A stretch of 64,000 nucleotides of DNA from Bacteroidales bacterium UBA5433 (GTDB lineage: Bacteria; Bacteroidota; Bacteroidia; Bacteroidales; UBA932), in contig DIRP01000002.1 in NCBI GenBank assembly GCA_002427525.1, positions 16,997-80,996 of the forward strand, read 5' to 3'. The notes beneath the pieces are model-generated. The model was not told the origin of the DNA. It was given only the letters and a program-made list of their open reading frames with translations, and searched no databases. Numbering within the stretch: position 1 is the first letter of the stretch; each line of letters opens with the position of its first letter. Positions 24,466 through 33,511 of this stretch are shown piece after piece. The position numbers were made by a program, and so were the translations under genes.

Positions 24466-25509
24466 ATGAAAAAAGGTAATAAATATGGCTTGCACCGGGT
24501 TATTGAGCCGGCAGGTGTACTGCCACAGCCCGCTAACAGGCTGGATAATAACATGGATGAGATTTACGATAACGAAATTCTCATAGATGTTAAAACACTT
24601 AATGTAGACTCGGCCAGTTTTACACAAATTCAGGAACAGGCCGGAGGCGATAAAGCCAAAATAGCAGAAATTATGCTCGGCATAGTGGCCAAGCAGGGAA
24701 AACACAGAAACCCTGTTACCGGTTCGGGCGGCATGCTATTGGGTGTTGTAGAAAAAATAGGCAGCGCACTGGAAGGTAAGATAGACCTTAAACCGGGTGA
24801 CAGGATTGCCACCTTGGTTTCTTTGTCCCTGACACCGTTGCGTATAGATAAAATAAAAGATATACGCCCCGACATTGATCAGGTGGATATAGACGGGAAA
24901 GCTATCTTGTTTGAAAGTGGCATTTACGCAAAAATCCCGGATGATATGCCGGAAACTCTGGCACTGTCTGCCCTTGACGTAGCGGGAGCTCCTGCTCAGA
25001 CTGCCAAGCTGGTAAAACCGGGCGATACAGTTTTGATTATCGGAGCCGGTGGGAAGTCGGGGATGCTATGCAGTTACGAGGCTAAGAAAAGGGCCGGTGT
25101 TACAGGAACAGTAATTGGCCTGTGCCACAGCCAGCGCTCTACGCAACGTATGATAGACCTGGGTTTCTGCGATCACGTTTTTTCTGCTAACGCAACGCAA
25201 CCTGTTGCTGTCCTGGAAAAAATTGAAGAGTTAACCGGAGGTAAACTTTGTGACGTTACCATCAATAACGTGAATATCACAGATACTGAAATGACATCCA
25301 TTCTTTGCACAAAAGACACCGGGGTTGTGTATTTCTTTTCCATGGCAACCAGTTTTACGAAAGCAGCTCTTGGAGCAGAAGGAGTAGGATCTGATGTAAC
25401 TATGATTGTAGGGAATGGTTATACAAAAGGCCATGCAGAGATTACACTTCAGATACTCAGAGAAAGCGAAAAACTGCGTAAGGTTTTCACAGAATTGTAC
25501 GCATCGTAA
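24466..25509 (+). CDS. kdd: L-erythro-3,5-diaminohexanoate dehydrogenase
   Basis: The N-terminus YGLHRVIEPAGVLPQPA.RLDN...IYDNEILIDV..LN.DSASF and the Rossmann motif IIGAGGKSG match my memory of Kdd. It sits directly after kce with a 1-nt gap. Confidence 0.85.
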   Translation: MKKGNKYGLHRVIEPAGVLPQPANRLDNNMDEIYDNEILIDVKTLNVDSASFTQIQEQAGGDKAKIAEIMLGIVAKQGKHRNPVTGSGGMLLGVVEKIGSALEGKIDLKPGDRIATLVSLSLTPLRIDKIKDIRPDIDQVDIDGKAILFESGIYAKIPDDMPETLALSALDVAGAPAQTAKLVKPGDTVLIIGAGGKSGMLCSYEAKKRAGVTGTVIGLCHSQRSTQRMIDLGFCDHVFSANATQPVAVLEKIEELTGGKLCDVTINNVNITDTEMTSILCTKDTGVVYFFSMATSFTKAALGAEGVGSDVTMIVGNGYTKGHAEITLQILRESEKLRKVFTELYAS

Positions 25510-25521
25510 GCAAGTAATGAA

Positions 25522-26769
25522 ATGAAAGAAAACAGACGAAAACAGTTGTTTCCCGAGGTGACGGATCAGGAATGGAATGATTGGAAATGGCAGATACGTA
25601 ACAGGATTGTTAACGTAACGCAACTGAAGAAGTACATTGCTCTTACTCCGGAAGAAGAGGAAGGCGTAGAGCAGTCTCTTAAGCTGTTACGTATGGCCAT
25701 TACTCCTTATTACCTAAGTCTGATAGATCCGGACAATCCGGAATGTCCCATCCGTAAGCAGGCTATTCCTACAAAAAATGAAATGTACCGTTCTCCTGCA
25801 GATTTGCTGGACCCGTTGCATGAAGATGAAGATTCGCCGGTTCCGGGGCTTACCCACAGGTATCCGGACAGGGTGCTGTTACTTATAACAGACCAGTGCT
25901 CTATGTATTGCAGGCATTGTACGCGCAGGCGTTTTGCCGGTCAGAAAGACCACGAGGCTACCGGAGAAAGAATTCAGGCTGCGATTGATTACATTGCCCG
26001 TACTCCCCAGGTACGGGATGTTTTGCTGTCCGGCGGAGACCCGCTGACCATGAGTGACAGCAAACTGGAATCCATCATTAAACGAATTAGGGAGATACCG
26101 CACGTTGAAATTATCCGGATTGGTACACGCGTACCTGTGGTATGCCCGCAACGGATTACTCCGGAGCTTATGCAGATGCTGAGAAAATACCATCCCGTCT
26201 GGATCAATACGCACTTTAACCACCCCAATGAAATTACAGAAACCTCGTCTGCAGCATGTGAAATGATGGCAGATGCCGGATTCCCGTTGGGCAACCAAAG
26301 TGTGCTGTTGCGTGGTGTGAACGACTGTGTTTATACCATGAAAGACCTGGTCAGAAAATTAGTCATGATACGGGTTCGTCCGTATTACATTTACCAATGC
26401 GACTTGTCCATGGGACTGGAACATTTCAGAACACCTGTGTCTAAAGGAATAGAGATTATTGAAGGTTTGCGGGGGCATACTTCCGGGTATGCCGTGCCTA
26501 CTTTTGTTGTGGATGCACCGGGCGGGGGCGGTAAAATACCGGTTATGCCTACGTACCTTATCAGCCAGTCACCCGGCCGGGTGGTTTTGCGTAATTACGA
26601 AGGTGTGATTACAACATATACAGAACCTGCTAATTATGAAAACACCTGCCGTTGCGAACCTTGTAATGATCAGGAATCGCTGGAAGGTGTGTCGGGTATT
26701 TTGCAGGGACAACAATTATCCCTTGAACCTTCTCATTTGCAAAGAAAGGAACGCAATCACAAGAAGTGA
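25522..26769 (+). CDS. kamA: L-lysine 2,3-aminomutase (radical SAM)
   Basis: [12 protein letters not shown] radical-SAM cluster motif (25897-25920), plus [17 protein letters not shown] and RPYYIYQCD blocks typical of KamA. Confidence 0.93.
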   Translation: MKENRRKQLFPEVTDQEWNDWKWQIRNRIVNVTQLKKYIALTPEEEEGVEQSLKLLRMAITPYYLSLIDPDNPECPIRKQAIPTKNEMYRSPADLLDPLHEDEDSPVPGLTHRYPDRVLLLITDQCSMYCRHCTRRRFAGQKDHEATGERIQAAIDYIARTPQVRDVLLSGGDPLTMSDSKLESIIKRIREIPHVEIIRIGTRVPVVCPQRITPELMQMLRKYHPVWINTHFNHPNEITETSSAACEMMADAGFPLGNQSVLLRGVNDCVYTMKDLVRKLVMIRVRPYYIYQCDLSMGLEHFRTPVSKGIEIIEGLRGHTSGYAVPTFVVDAPGGGGKIPVMPTYLISQSPGRVVLRNYEGVITTYTEPANYENTCRCEPCNDQESLEGVSGILQGQQLSLEPSHLQRKERNHKK

Positions 26770-26773
26770 CTGA

Positions 26774-27790
26774 ATGCCCTTTGTTGATCAGATACTCCGC
26801 TATAAAAGCCTCTCAGTTGTAGGGCTGGGAAAGAATACCGGCAAGACAGAGTGTTTGCGGTATATTATCAGGCGGTTGTATGAACTCAACAAAGTACCGG
26901 CAGTCACATCTATTGGCATTGACGGAGAGGGGGTTGATCGTGTTACAGCTACACCCAAGCCGGAAATACTTCTTGAAAAAGGCATGTATTTTACGACAGT
27001 AGGTTCGTTTTATTTGCAGAAACGTTTTACTGCCGAGATATGCCATGTAGAAGAAATACCGACCATTTTTGGGAAAATGTTGACGGCCAGGGCACTGGAA
27101 AGGGGGACCATGGTAATTGCCGGTCCCTCGGATACGTTTTCCCTCCAACGCTGGATTGCGGATACACCCCAACGGTTTCCCGTTGACATATGCCTTGTTG
27201 ACGGGGCCGTATCGCGTCTGAGTCCCGCTTCGCCTGCCGTAACACAATCCATGGTGTTGGCAACAGGAGCAGCTTATTCTGCCAATTTAAAAACCCTGGT
27301 TGCCGGTACAAAATTTGTGTATGATACCATTCAACTTCCGGCAGCGCCGGAAGAAATCAGGATGCAATTGGAACATACCACAAAGGGGATACGGTTCCTT
27401 GGAGAAGACGGAAGCATGGAAGATCCGGGTATTGACTCGGCTTTGACTCCGGAACAAATTAAAAAAGTTGTGGAAACGGGCCGGGAGCATATATACATTC
27501 CGGGTGTAGTGAGCAATGCGTTGCTGAAAGCTTTGCTGGAAAGAAAGGATACGAATAAAATTTGTCTGTATATCAGGGATTTTTCTCGTATTTTTGCAGA
27601 ACCTCAAACTTTTTATGCTTTTTTGCGTAAAGGAGGACGGTTTTTTCAGTTGCTTAAAGCAAATTTGCTGGCTGTATGTGTAAACCCGGTTTCTCCGGAA
27701 GGCTATCGTTTGCGTTCCAAAGAACTGGTTGCCAGCATGCAGGATGCTTTAGGCATACCGGTGTACGATATTAAAGAATCAGGAATATGA
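26774..27790 (+). CDS. uncharacterised P-loop protein in the lysine aminomutase gene string
   Basis: 338 aa with a Walker-A-like VVGLGKNTGKTE (26822-26851) and a possible Walker B CLVDGA. I recognise no other family. The gene is 4 nt after kamA and has an ATGA overlap with the next gene. Confidence 0.5.
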   Translation: MPFVDQILRYKSLSVVGLGKNTGKTECLRYIIRRLYELNKVPAVTSIGIDGEGVDRVTATPKPEILLEKGMYFTTVGSFYLQKRFTAEICHVEEIPTIFGKMLTARALERGTMVIAGPSDTFSLQRWIADTPQRFPVDICLVDGAVSRLSPASPAVTQSMVLATGAAYSANLKTLVAGTKFVYDTIQLPAAPEEIRMQLEHTTKGIRFLGEDGSMEDPGIDSALTPEQIKKVVETGREHIYIPGVVSNALLKALLERKDTNKICLYIRDFSRIFAEPQTFYAFLRKGGRFFQLLKANLLAVCVNPVSPEGYRLRSKELVASMQDALGIPVYDIKESGI

Positions 27791-29223
27791 CTTTTTCCCG
27801 TTTTGCTGACAAAATTGACGGTCTGCACTACCTGGCAGAAAAAATGGAGTTATCCGGTTCTCGTGTACGCAGGTACCTCATGAAAACTCCGTTTTGTACC
27901 AAGGCAGAAGTACTTGAAAGCCATTTTGATATACTCCAAAAGGCGTTCGATATACTGGAAACTCCGGGAACCGGTCCGGTTGTAATGCAATTGAAGCATT
28001 TGTTCACAACGGTACATGATATCAGCGGGACGCTGGAGGATTTGAAACAGCACCGTGTGCTGGATGAAATAGCCTTGTTTGAAATTAAGTACTTTGCCTC
28101 TTTGTGCCGGGATTTCAGGCTTTTATGCGAAAAACTTGATTTCACGAGCCAGGCACCGGATTGCCTGCAGCCTGTTTTTGATTTGCTGGATCCTGATAGT
28201 ACGGGAACGGCAGGTTTCTACATCTACGATTCGTACAGTAAATCCTTGGCCTATGCCCGGAAAAAAGCGGCTGCCACAGACCCTGATAAAGATTTGGCTC
28301 TCTGGGGCAGAGCCACCGACCGGGTACTGCAGGAAGAGTTGCTGGTAAGGAAGGAGTTGTCTGCTAAACTAAGCCGGATGTACGATGTCTTGCAAAGCAA
28401 TTTTGACAGGCTGGCTTATCTGGAACTATGGTTTGCCAAAGCAGAATTGGCCGGGAAGTATGGGATGGTACGCCCTGTCATAGTTCCCGCTACAGGAACC
28501 GGTACGGAAGTTTTCTCTGTTGATGGTATGGTGAATCCTGTTATAGCGGATATTCTGGCAGCAGACGGTATGACATTTCAACCGGTTTCCCTTATGCTGC
28601 AACAGGGACCGTGCCTGCTTACAGGAGCCAATATGAGCGGGAAGACGGTTGTTTTGAAAACTTTGGCTCTGGTACAGGCCCTTACGCAATTCTCATTCTT
28701 TATTCCTGCCCGCAAGGCGGTAATTCCGCTTGTAAAGGACGTTTTCCTTGTGATTGGCGACAAACAGGACCATTACAGGGGGTTGTCTTCGTATGCGGCT
28801 GAAATGCTTGAATTGGACAAAATAATGGGCATAGTTAAAGAGGGGGCAGATGTCCTGGTTTTGGCAGATGAACCGGCAAGAACTACAAATCCTGCAGAAG
28901 GGGCTGCTATTTTGTGTGCCCTTATTGCATTCCTGCAGCAATACAACGTAAGATCTCTGGTAAGTACGCATTACGGCGAGCTGGACGTGTCTGTACGCAA
29001 GCTCAGGGTGGCAGGATTTGAAGGAGGCAAGGCAACAGGGCGCCTGGATCCGGCCTCTGTCAGTAAATATATGAATTATAGCTTAATTGAAGATAAAGAT
29101 GATGCTGTACCAAAAGAAGCCCTGCTGATTGCACAGTTGCTTGGTGTAGATGCATCGTTTATTCAGATGGCACAGAATTTTTTGAAAAAGAACGGTAATG
29201 AAAGAATCCAAACTGGGGCTTGA
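27787..29223 (+). CDS. MutS domain-V-like ATPase lacking mismatch-binding domains
   Basis: 478 aa. LLTGANMSGKTVVLKTLAL (Walker A at 28624-28647), GLSSYAAEM, VLADEPARTTNP and STHY parallel MutS ATPase blocks (GPNMGGKS / STF..EM / DE.GRGT / ATHY). The N-terminal 270 aa do not resemble MutS domains I-IV. Confidence 0.7.
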   Translation: MTFSRFADKIDGLHYLAEKMELSGSRVRRYLMKTPFCTKAEVLESHFDILQKAFDILETPGTGPVVMQLKHLFTTVHDISGTLEDLKQHRVLDEIALFEIKYFASLCRDFRLLCEKLDFTSQAPDCLQPVFDLLDPDSTGTAGFYIYDSYSKSLAYARKKAAATDPDKDLALWGRATDRVLQEELLVRKELSAKLSRMYDVLQSNFDRLAYLELWFAKAELAGKYGMVRPVIVPATGTGTEVFSVDGMVNPVIADILAADGMTFQPVSLMLQQGPCLLTGANMSGKTVVLKTLALVQALTQFSFFIPARKAVIPLVKDVFLVIGDKQDHYRGLSSYAAEMLELDKIMGIVKEGADVLVLADEPARTTNPAEGAAILCALIAFLQQYNVRSLVSTHYGELDVSVRKLRVAGFEGGKATGRLDPASVSKYMNYSLIEDKDDAVPKEALLIAQLLGVDASFIQMAQNFLKKNGNERIQTGA

Positions 29224-30754
29224 TTTTGTAAAAGTAGAAAAAGCCAGAAATAAGGCGAAAGGAATCGCAGATCAGGTGCAAGACTTTGTAGAAGACTACA
29301 CCACTGTAGCGGTAGAAAGGACGCTTTGCCGCCTGATGGGTATTGACGGAACAGACCGGGATGGTGTTCCTTTGCCCAATGTGGTAGTTGACCACTTGAA
29401 GGAAAAGGGGATTCTGGGCGACGGCGTGCTTCATTTTCTGGGCAATGCACTTTACAATACAGGAAAGTCTCCTGTACAGGTTGCACAAGAAATGGCTGCC
29501 GGGAAATCAGATTTTATTTTTAAAGAAACGGCTCCGGCTGCTAAGATGCAGGAAGTGTTGCAACCCTTTGTGGATACCAGTGTGGCCAGAATCAGAGAGA
29601 AAAGACAGGTACGGGAGTCGCGTCTGGAGAGGTTGGGAGAAAGTCCCAAACCTTACGTGTACGTAATTGTGGCAACGGGGAATATTTATGAAGATGCTGT
29701 GCAGGCCACGGCGGCAGCCCGGCAGGGAGCAGACGTGATTGCCGTAATACGAACTACGGGTCAGTCGCTGCTTGATTACGTCCCGTACGGAGCCACTACA
29801 GAAGGCTTTGGTGGAACGTACGCCACCCAGGAAAATTTCAGGATTATGAGGCAAGCCCTTGACAAAGCCGGGGATGATGTGGGAAGGTACATCAGGTTGT
29901 GCAACTATTGTTCCGGGCTTTGTATGCCGGAGATTGCCGTGATGGGCGCTTTTGAAGGTCTGGATATGATGCTTAACGATGCGCTGTACGGAATCCTGTT
30001 CCGCGACATCAATATGCAAAGAACGCTCGTAGACCAATACTTTTCCAGAATGATTAACGGTTTTGCCGGGGTCATTATCAATACGGGCGAAGACAATTAC
30101 CTTACCACGGCAGATGCGGTGGAAGAGGCGCACACCGTGCTTGCCTCGGATTTTATAAACGAACAGCTGGCAAAGATTGCGGGGCTTCCCGAGGAACAGA
30201 TGGGGCTGGGACATGCCTTTGAAATTGATCCGGAACTGGAAAATTCGTTCCTCTACGAATTGGCACAGGCACAGATGATCCGGGAAATCTTTCCCAAAGC
30301 GCCGTTAAAATACATGCCGCCCACCAAATTTATGACAGGCAATATTTTTAAAGGACACATTCAGGATGCTCTTTTCAATCTGGCCGGAATCTGGACCGGG
30401 CAGGGGATTCAGTTGCTGGGTATGCCAACAGAGGCTATCCACACTCCATTTATGAGTGACAGGTTCCTGGCTATTGAAAATGCACGGTACATTTTTTCAG
30501 CCTTTAAGGATATTGGACAAGAAGTTTCTTTTGCCAAAGACGGTTTTATTCGCAACAGAGCCACAGAGGTTCTTGGCAATGCTTACACACTGCTTGAAAA
30601 AGTAGAGAAAGAAGGGTTGTTTACGGCATTGGAGAAAGGGTATTTCGCCAACGTGCGTCGCCCGCGTACCGGGGGAAAGGGGCTGGAAGGCGTTACACGT
30701 AAGTCTCCGGTTTATAGGAATCCGTATATTGAACTGTTTAAAGGAAATAGATGA
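29198..30754 (+). CDS. kamD: lysine 5,6-aminomutase alpha subunit
   Basis: MKESKLGLDFVKVEKARNKAKGIA...TTVAVERT.CRL.GIDG matches my memory of the KamD N-terminus. 518 aa. It overlaps the previous gene by 26 nt. Confidence 0.92.
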   Translation: MKESKLGLDFVKVEKARNKAKGIADQVQDFVEDYTTVAVERTLCRLMGIDGTDRDGVPLPNVVVDHLKEKGILGDGVLHFLGNALYNTGKSPVQVAQEMAAGKSDFIFKETAPAAKMQEVLQPFVDTSVARIREKRQVRESRLERLGESPKPYVYVIVATGNIYEDAVQATAAARQGADVIAVIRTTGQSLLDYVPYGATTEGFGGTYATQENFRIMRQALDKAGDDVGRYIRLCNYCSGLCMPEIAVMGAFEGLDMMLNDALYGILFRDINMQRTLVDQYFSRMINGFAGVIINTGEDNYLTTADAVEEAHTVLASDFINEQLAKIAGLPEEQMGLGHAFEIDPELENSFLYELAQAQMIREIFPKAPLKYMPPTKFMTGNIFKGHIQDALFNLAGIWTGQGIQLLGMPTEAIHTPFMSDRFLAIENARYIFSAFKDIGQEVSFAKDGFIRNRATEVLGNAYTLLEKVEKEGLFTALEKGYFANVRRPRTGGKGLEGVTRKSPVYRNPYIELFKGNR

Positions 30755-31512
30755 CCATGCTTGATAAAACACTGAATTTAACAGAAGTAAAGCCTTACGG
30801 CGATACCATGAACGATGGTAAGGTACAGCTTAGTTTTACATTACCCGTTCCTATAGGGCCCGAAGCCATAGAGGCAGCCAAGCAGTTGTTGCGAACCATG
30901 GGGTTAGACAATCCGTTGGTAGTGTATACGGTGGAACTTACTCCGGGGTTTACTTTTTTTAACTGTTACGGGAATTTGCAACATACGGTCAATTATTTGT
31001 CCATACAGGTTCCTAAAGTAGATGCTGTAGTTATGGATATGGCAGAAGCAGATGCTTATATCAAAGAACATATCGGTCGTAAATTGGTTATGGTTGGAGC
31101 CAGTACAGGAACCGATGCCCATACGGTGGGCATTGATGCCATCATGAACATGAAAGGGTACGCCGGTCATTTTGGATTGGAACGTTATGGAATGATTGAA
31201 GCCTACAACCTGGGATCTCAGGTTGCCAACGAGGAATTGATTGCAAAAGCCATAGAATTGAGAGCAGATGCCATCCTTATTTCACAAACGGTAACCCAAA
31301 AAGACGTTCATATTGAAAACCTGACCCGGTTTATTGAAATGGCCGAGGCGGAAGGGATCCGGGATCGGATGGTGCTCGTCTGCGGAGGCCCCAGAATTTC
31401 GCATGAATTAGCAAAAGAACTGGGATTTGATGCCGGTTTTGGAGTGAATACCTACGCAACGGATGTGTCCTCTTATGTGGCTCAGGAAATTGTAAGAAGA
31501 TCAACTAAATAA
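30751..31512 (+). CDS. kamE: lysine 5,6-aminomutase beta subunit (B12- and PLP-binding)
   Basis: VKPYGDTMNDGKVQLSFTLP matches KamE. The cobalamin-binding DxHxxG motif is DAHTVG (31114-31131). ATGA overlap with kamD. Confidence 0.9.
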   Translation: MTMLDKTLNLTEVKPYGDTMNDGKVQLSFTLPVPIGPEAIEAAKQLLRTMGLDNPLVVYTVELTPGFTFFNCYGNLQHTVNYLSIQVPKVDAVVMDMAEADAYIKEHIGRKLVMVGASTGTDAHTVGIDAIMNMKGYAGHFGLERYGMIEAYNLGSQVANEELIAKAIELRADAILISQTVTQKDVHIENLTRFIEMAEAEGIRDRMVLVCGGPRISHELAKELGFDAGFGVNTYATDVSSYVAQEIVRRSTK

Positions 31513-31544
31513 TAAATAGTAATAACATTCAGAAAAAAAACATC

Positions 31545-32201
31545 ATGGATAAAAATCAGATCAGGGAAACCATTGCGCGCCGCGCCGCCAGTGAATTGAA
31601 AAAAGGTGACGTAGTAAATTTGGGCATTGGATTGCCCACAGAGGTATTAAGGTATATACCTTCAGATATTAAAGTGACCATGCAATCTGAAAATGGTTGC
31701 ATGGGAATGGGAAATCCGCCTGAAGCCGGTCAGGAAGATCCTGATCTGATAGATGCAGGCGGTGGATATATTACCTTGAAAAAAGGGGCATCCTGTTTTG
31801 ATACGGCTACTTCTTTTTCTATCATCCGCGGGGGCCACGTTGATATTACTATGCTGGGCTCGTTGCAGGTAGATGAAAAAGGCAATATTGCCAATTGGTC
31901 CATTCCGGGTAAACTGACTCCGGGAATGGGAGGTGCCATGGATTTGATAGTAGGTGCGAAAAAGGTCATAGTCATCATGGAGCATACCGCAAAGGGTAAG
32001 CATAAGATCTTGGACGTCTGCACGCTCCCTTTAACAGCAGCGGGGCAGGTTGATCGCATTATAACAGAGATGGGAGTAATGGACGTTACTCCGGAAGGGC
32101 TTGTTCTTCAAGAGCTAAATGAATTCTTTACCTTTGAAGAGATTCAGGCCGCAACAGGCTGCAAGTTGATTCTTGCAGAAGATTGGAAACCTATGAATTA
32201 A
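31545..32201 (+). CDS. atoA: 3-oxoacid / acetoacetate CoA-transferase subunit B
   Basis: ARRAA.EL..GDVVNLGIGLPT and SENG (catalytic Glu region, MQSENGCMGMG), followed by MGGAMDL. Confidence 0.88.
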   Translation: MDKNQIRETIARRAASELKKGDVVNLGIGLPTEVLRYIPSDIKVTMQSENGCMGMGNPPEAGQEDPDLIDAGGGYITLKKGASCFDTATSFSIIRGGHVDITMLGSLQVDEKGNIANWSIPGKLTPGMGGAMDLIVGAKKVIVIMEHTAKGKHKILDVCTLPLTAAGQVDRIITEMGVMDVTPEGLVLQELNEFFTFEEIQAATGCKLILAEDWKPMN

Positions 32202-32222
32202 TTAATCATTTTAAAGTTAGAT

Positions 32223-33425
32223 ATGGAAAAAGTGTATATTATTGCGGCTAAAAGAACAGCCATTGGAAAAATGTTGGGTTCACTCACAGGAGTCGCTCCC
32301 GCTACTATGGCAGCAACCGTTATCAAAAACATTCTGGAAGAAACAAAAATTGACCCTGCAAAGATTGATGAAGTCATTGTGGGAAACATCCTCATGGCAG
32401 GACAAAAGCAAGGGGTGGCACGTCAGGCTGCCGTTCAGGCAGGAATCCCGCATCATGTCCCGGCTTATGGGGTGAACATGATTTGTGGCAGCGGAATGAA
32501 ATCCATAATGAACGGATACCAGTCCATTCTAAGCGGCCATGCCTCCCTTGTTCTGGCCGGCGGGGTAGAAAATATGTCGGATGCCGGGTTCGTCATGCAA
32601 GGAGTTCGTCAGGGCATTAAGATGGGTGATTTTAAAGCCATTGACCATATGGTATGTGATGGACTTACAGATGCTTTCGGCAATTACCACATGGGAATTA
32701 CAGCAGAAAATATTGCTGAAAAATACGGAATTAGCCGGGAAGAACAGGATGCATTTTCCTACAAATCTCAGCAAAAAGCCATTCGGGCTATTGATACCGG
32801 AATGTTTAAAGACGAAATAGTACCTCTGGAGATTGCACGCAGAAAAGAAACGTTTGTTTTTGATACGGATGAATTTCCCAACAGAACAACCACATTGGAA
32901 AAAATGTCCGGTTTACGGCCTGCATTTAAAAAAGACGGAACCGTGACTGCAGCCAATGCGTCCGGAATCAACGACGGCGCTTCCTTTGTTTTACTGGCCT
33001 CGGAAAAAACCGTTAAAGAATTGGGACTTAAGCCACTGGCCGAGATTGTAGCGGCCGATCAGGGAGGTGTGGACCCGGCATATATGGGCATGGGCCCGGT
33101 TCCTGCGATAGGTAAGGTGTTGAAAAGGGCAGGCATGAAACTCGGTCAGATGGATTTGCTGGAACTGAACGAGGCTTTTGCTGCGCAGTCGCTGGGTGTG
33201 ATTCATGAGCTGAAGGAACAGCATGGAGTAGATAACGGATGGTTCGATTCCCATTGTAATGTGAACGGGGGTGCTATAGCGCTGGGGCATCCTATCGGAG
33301 CTTCCGGAAACAGGATTACCGTAACCTTGATTTATGAGATGAAGCGCAGGAATGCAATGTACGGGATGGCTTCGTTATGTATTGGCGGGGGAATGGGAAC
33401 AGCTCTGATTCTTAAGAACGTATAA
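32223..33425 (+). CDS. thl: acetyl-CoA C-acetyltransferase (thiolase II)
   Basis: VYIIAAKRTAIGK, NMICGSGMKS (active-site Cys), NVNGGAIALGHPIGASG and CIGGGMG signatures. Confidence 0.92.
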   Translation: MEKVYIIAAKRTAIGKMLGSLTGVAPATMAATVIKNILEETKIDPAKIDEVIVGNILMAGQKQGVARQAAVQAGIPHHVPAYGVNMICGSGMKSIMNGYQSILSGHASLVLAGGVENMSDAGFVMQGVRQGIKMGDFKAIDHMVCDGLTDAFGNYHMGITAENIAEKYGISREEQDAFSYKSQQKAIRAIDTGMFKDEIVPLEIARRKETFVFDTDEFPNRTTTLEKMSGLRPAFKKDGTVTAANASGINDGASFVLLASEKTVKELGLKPLAEIVAADQGGVDPAYMGMGPVPAIGKVLKRAGMKLGQMDLLELNEAFAAQSLGVIHELKEQHGVDNGWFDSHCNVNGGAIALGHPIGASGNRITVTLIYEMKRRNAMYGMASLCIGGGMGTALILKNV

Positions 33426-33511
33426 TTTATAACGTATAACTTATTAGCGTGCTCCGGGCTGCTGTATCTAAAAAATAGTTTTTTTGTGTTGAAAGTTTTA
33501 AATCTTTGATT

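Noticed and set aside
27787-29223. The MutS-like ORF as a DNA mismatch-repair gene, or as part of a defence or mobile element.
   Set aside because: Only the ATPase core resembles MutS. No mismatch-binding, connector or clamp region is recognisable, and no nuclease or integrase lies nearby. It is translationally coupled on both sides to lysine aminomutase pathway genes.
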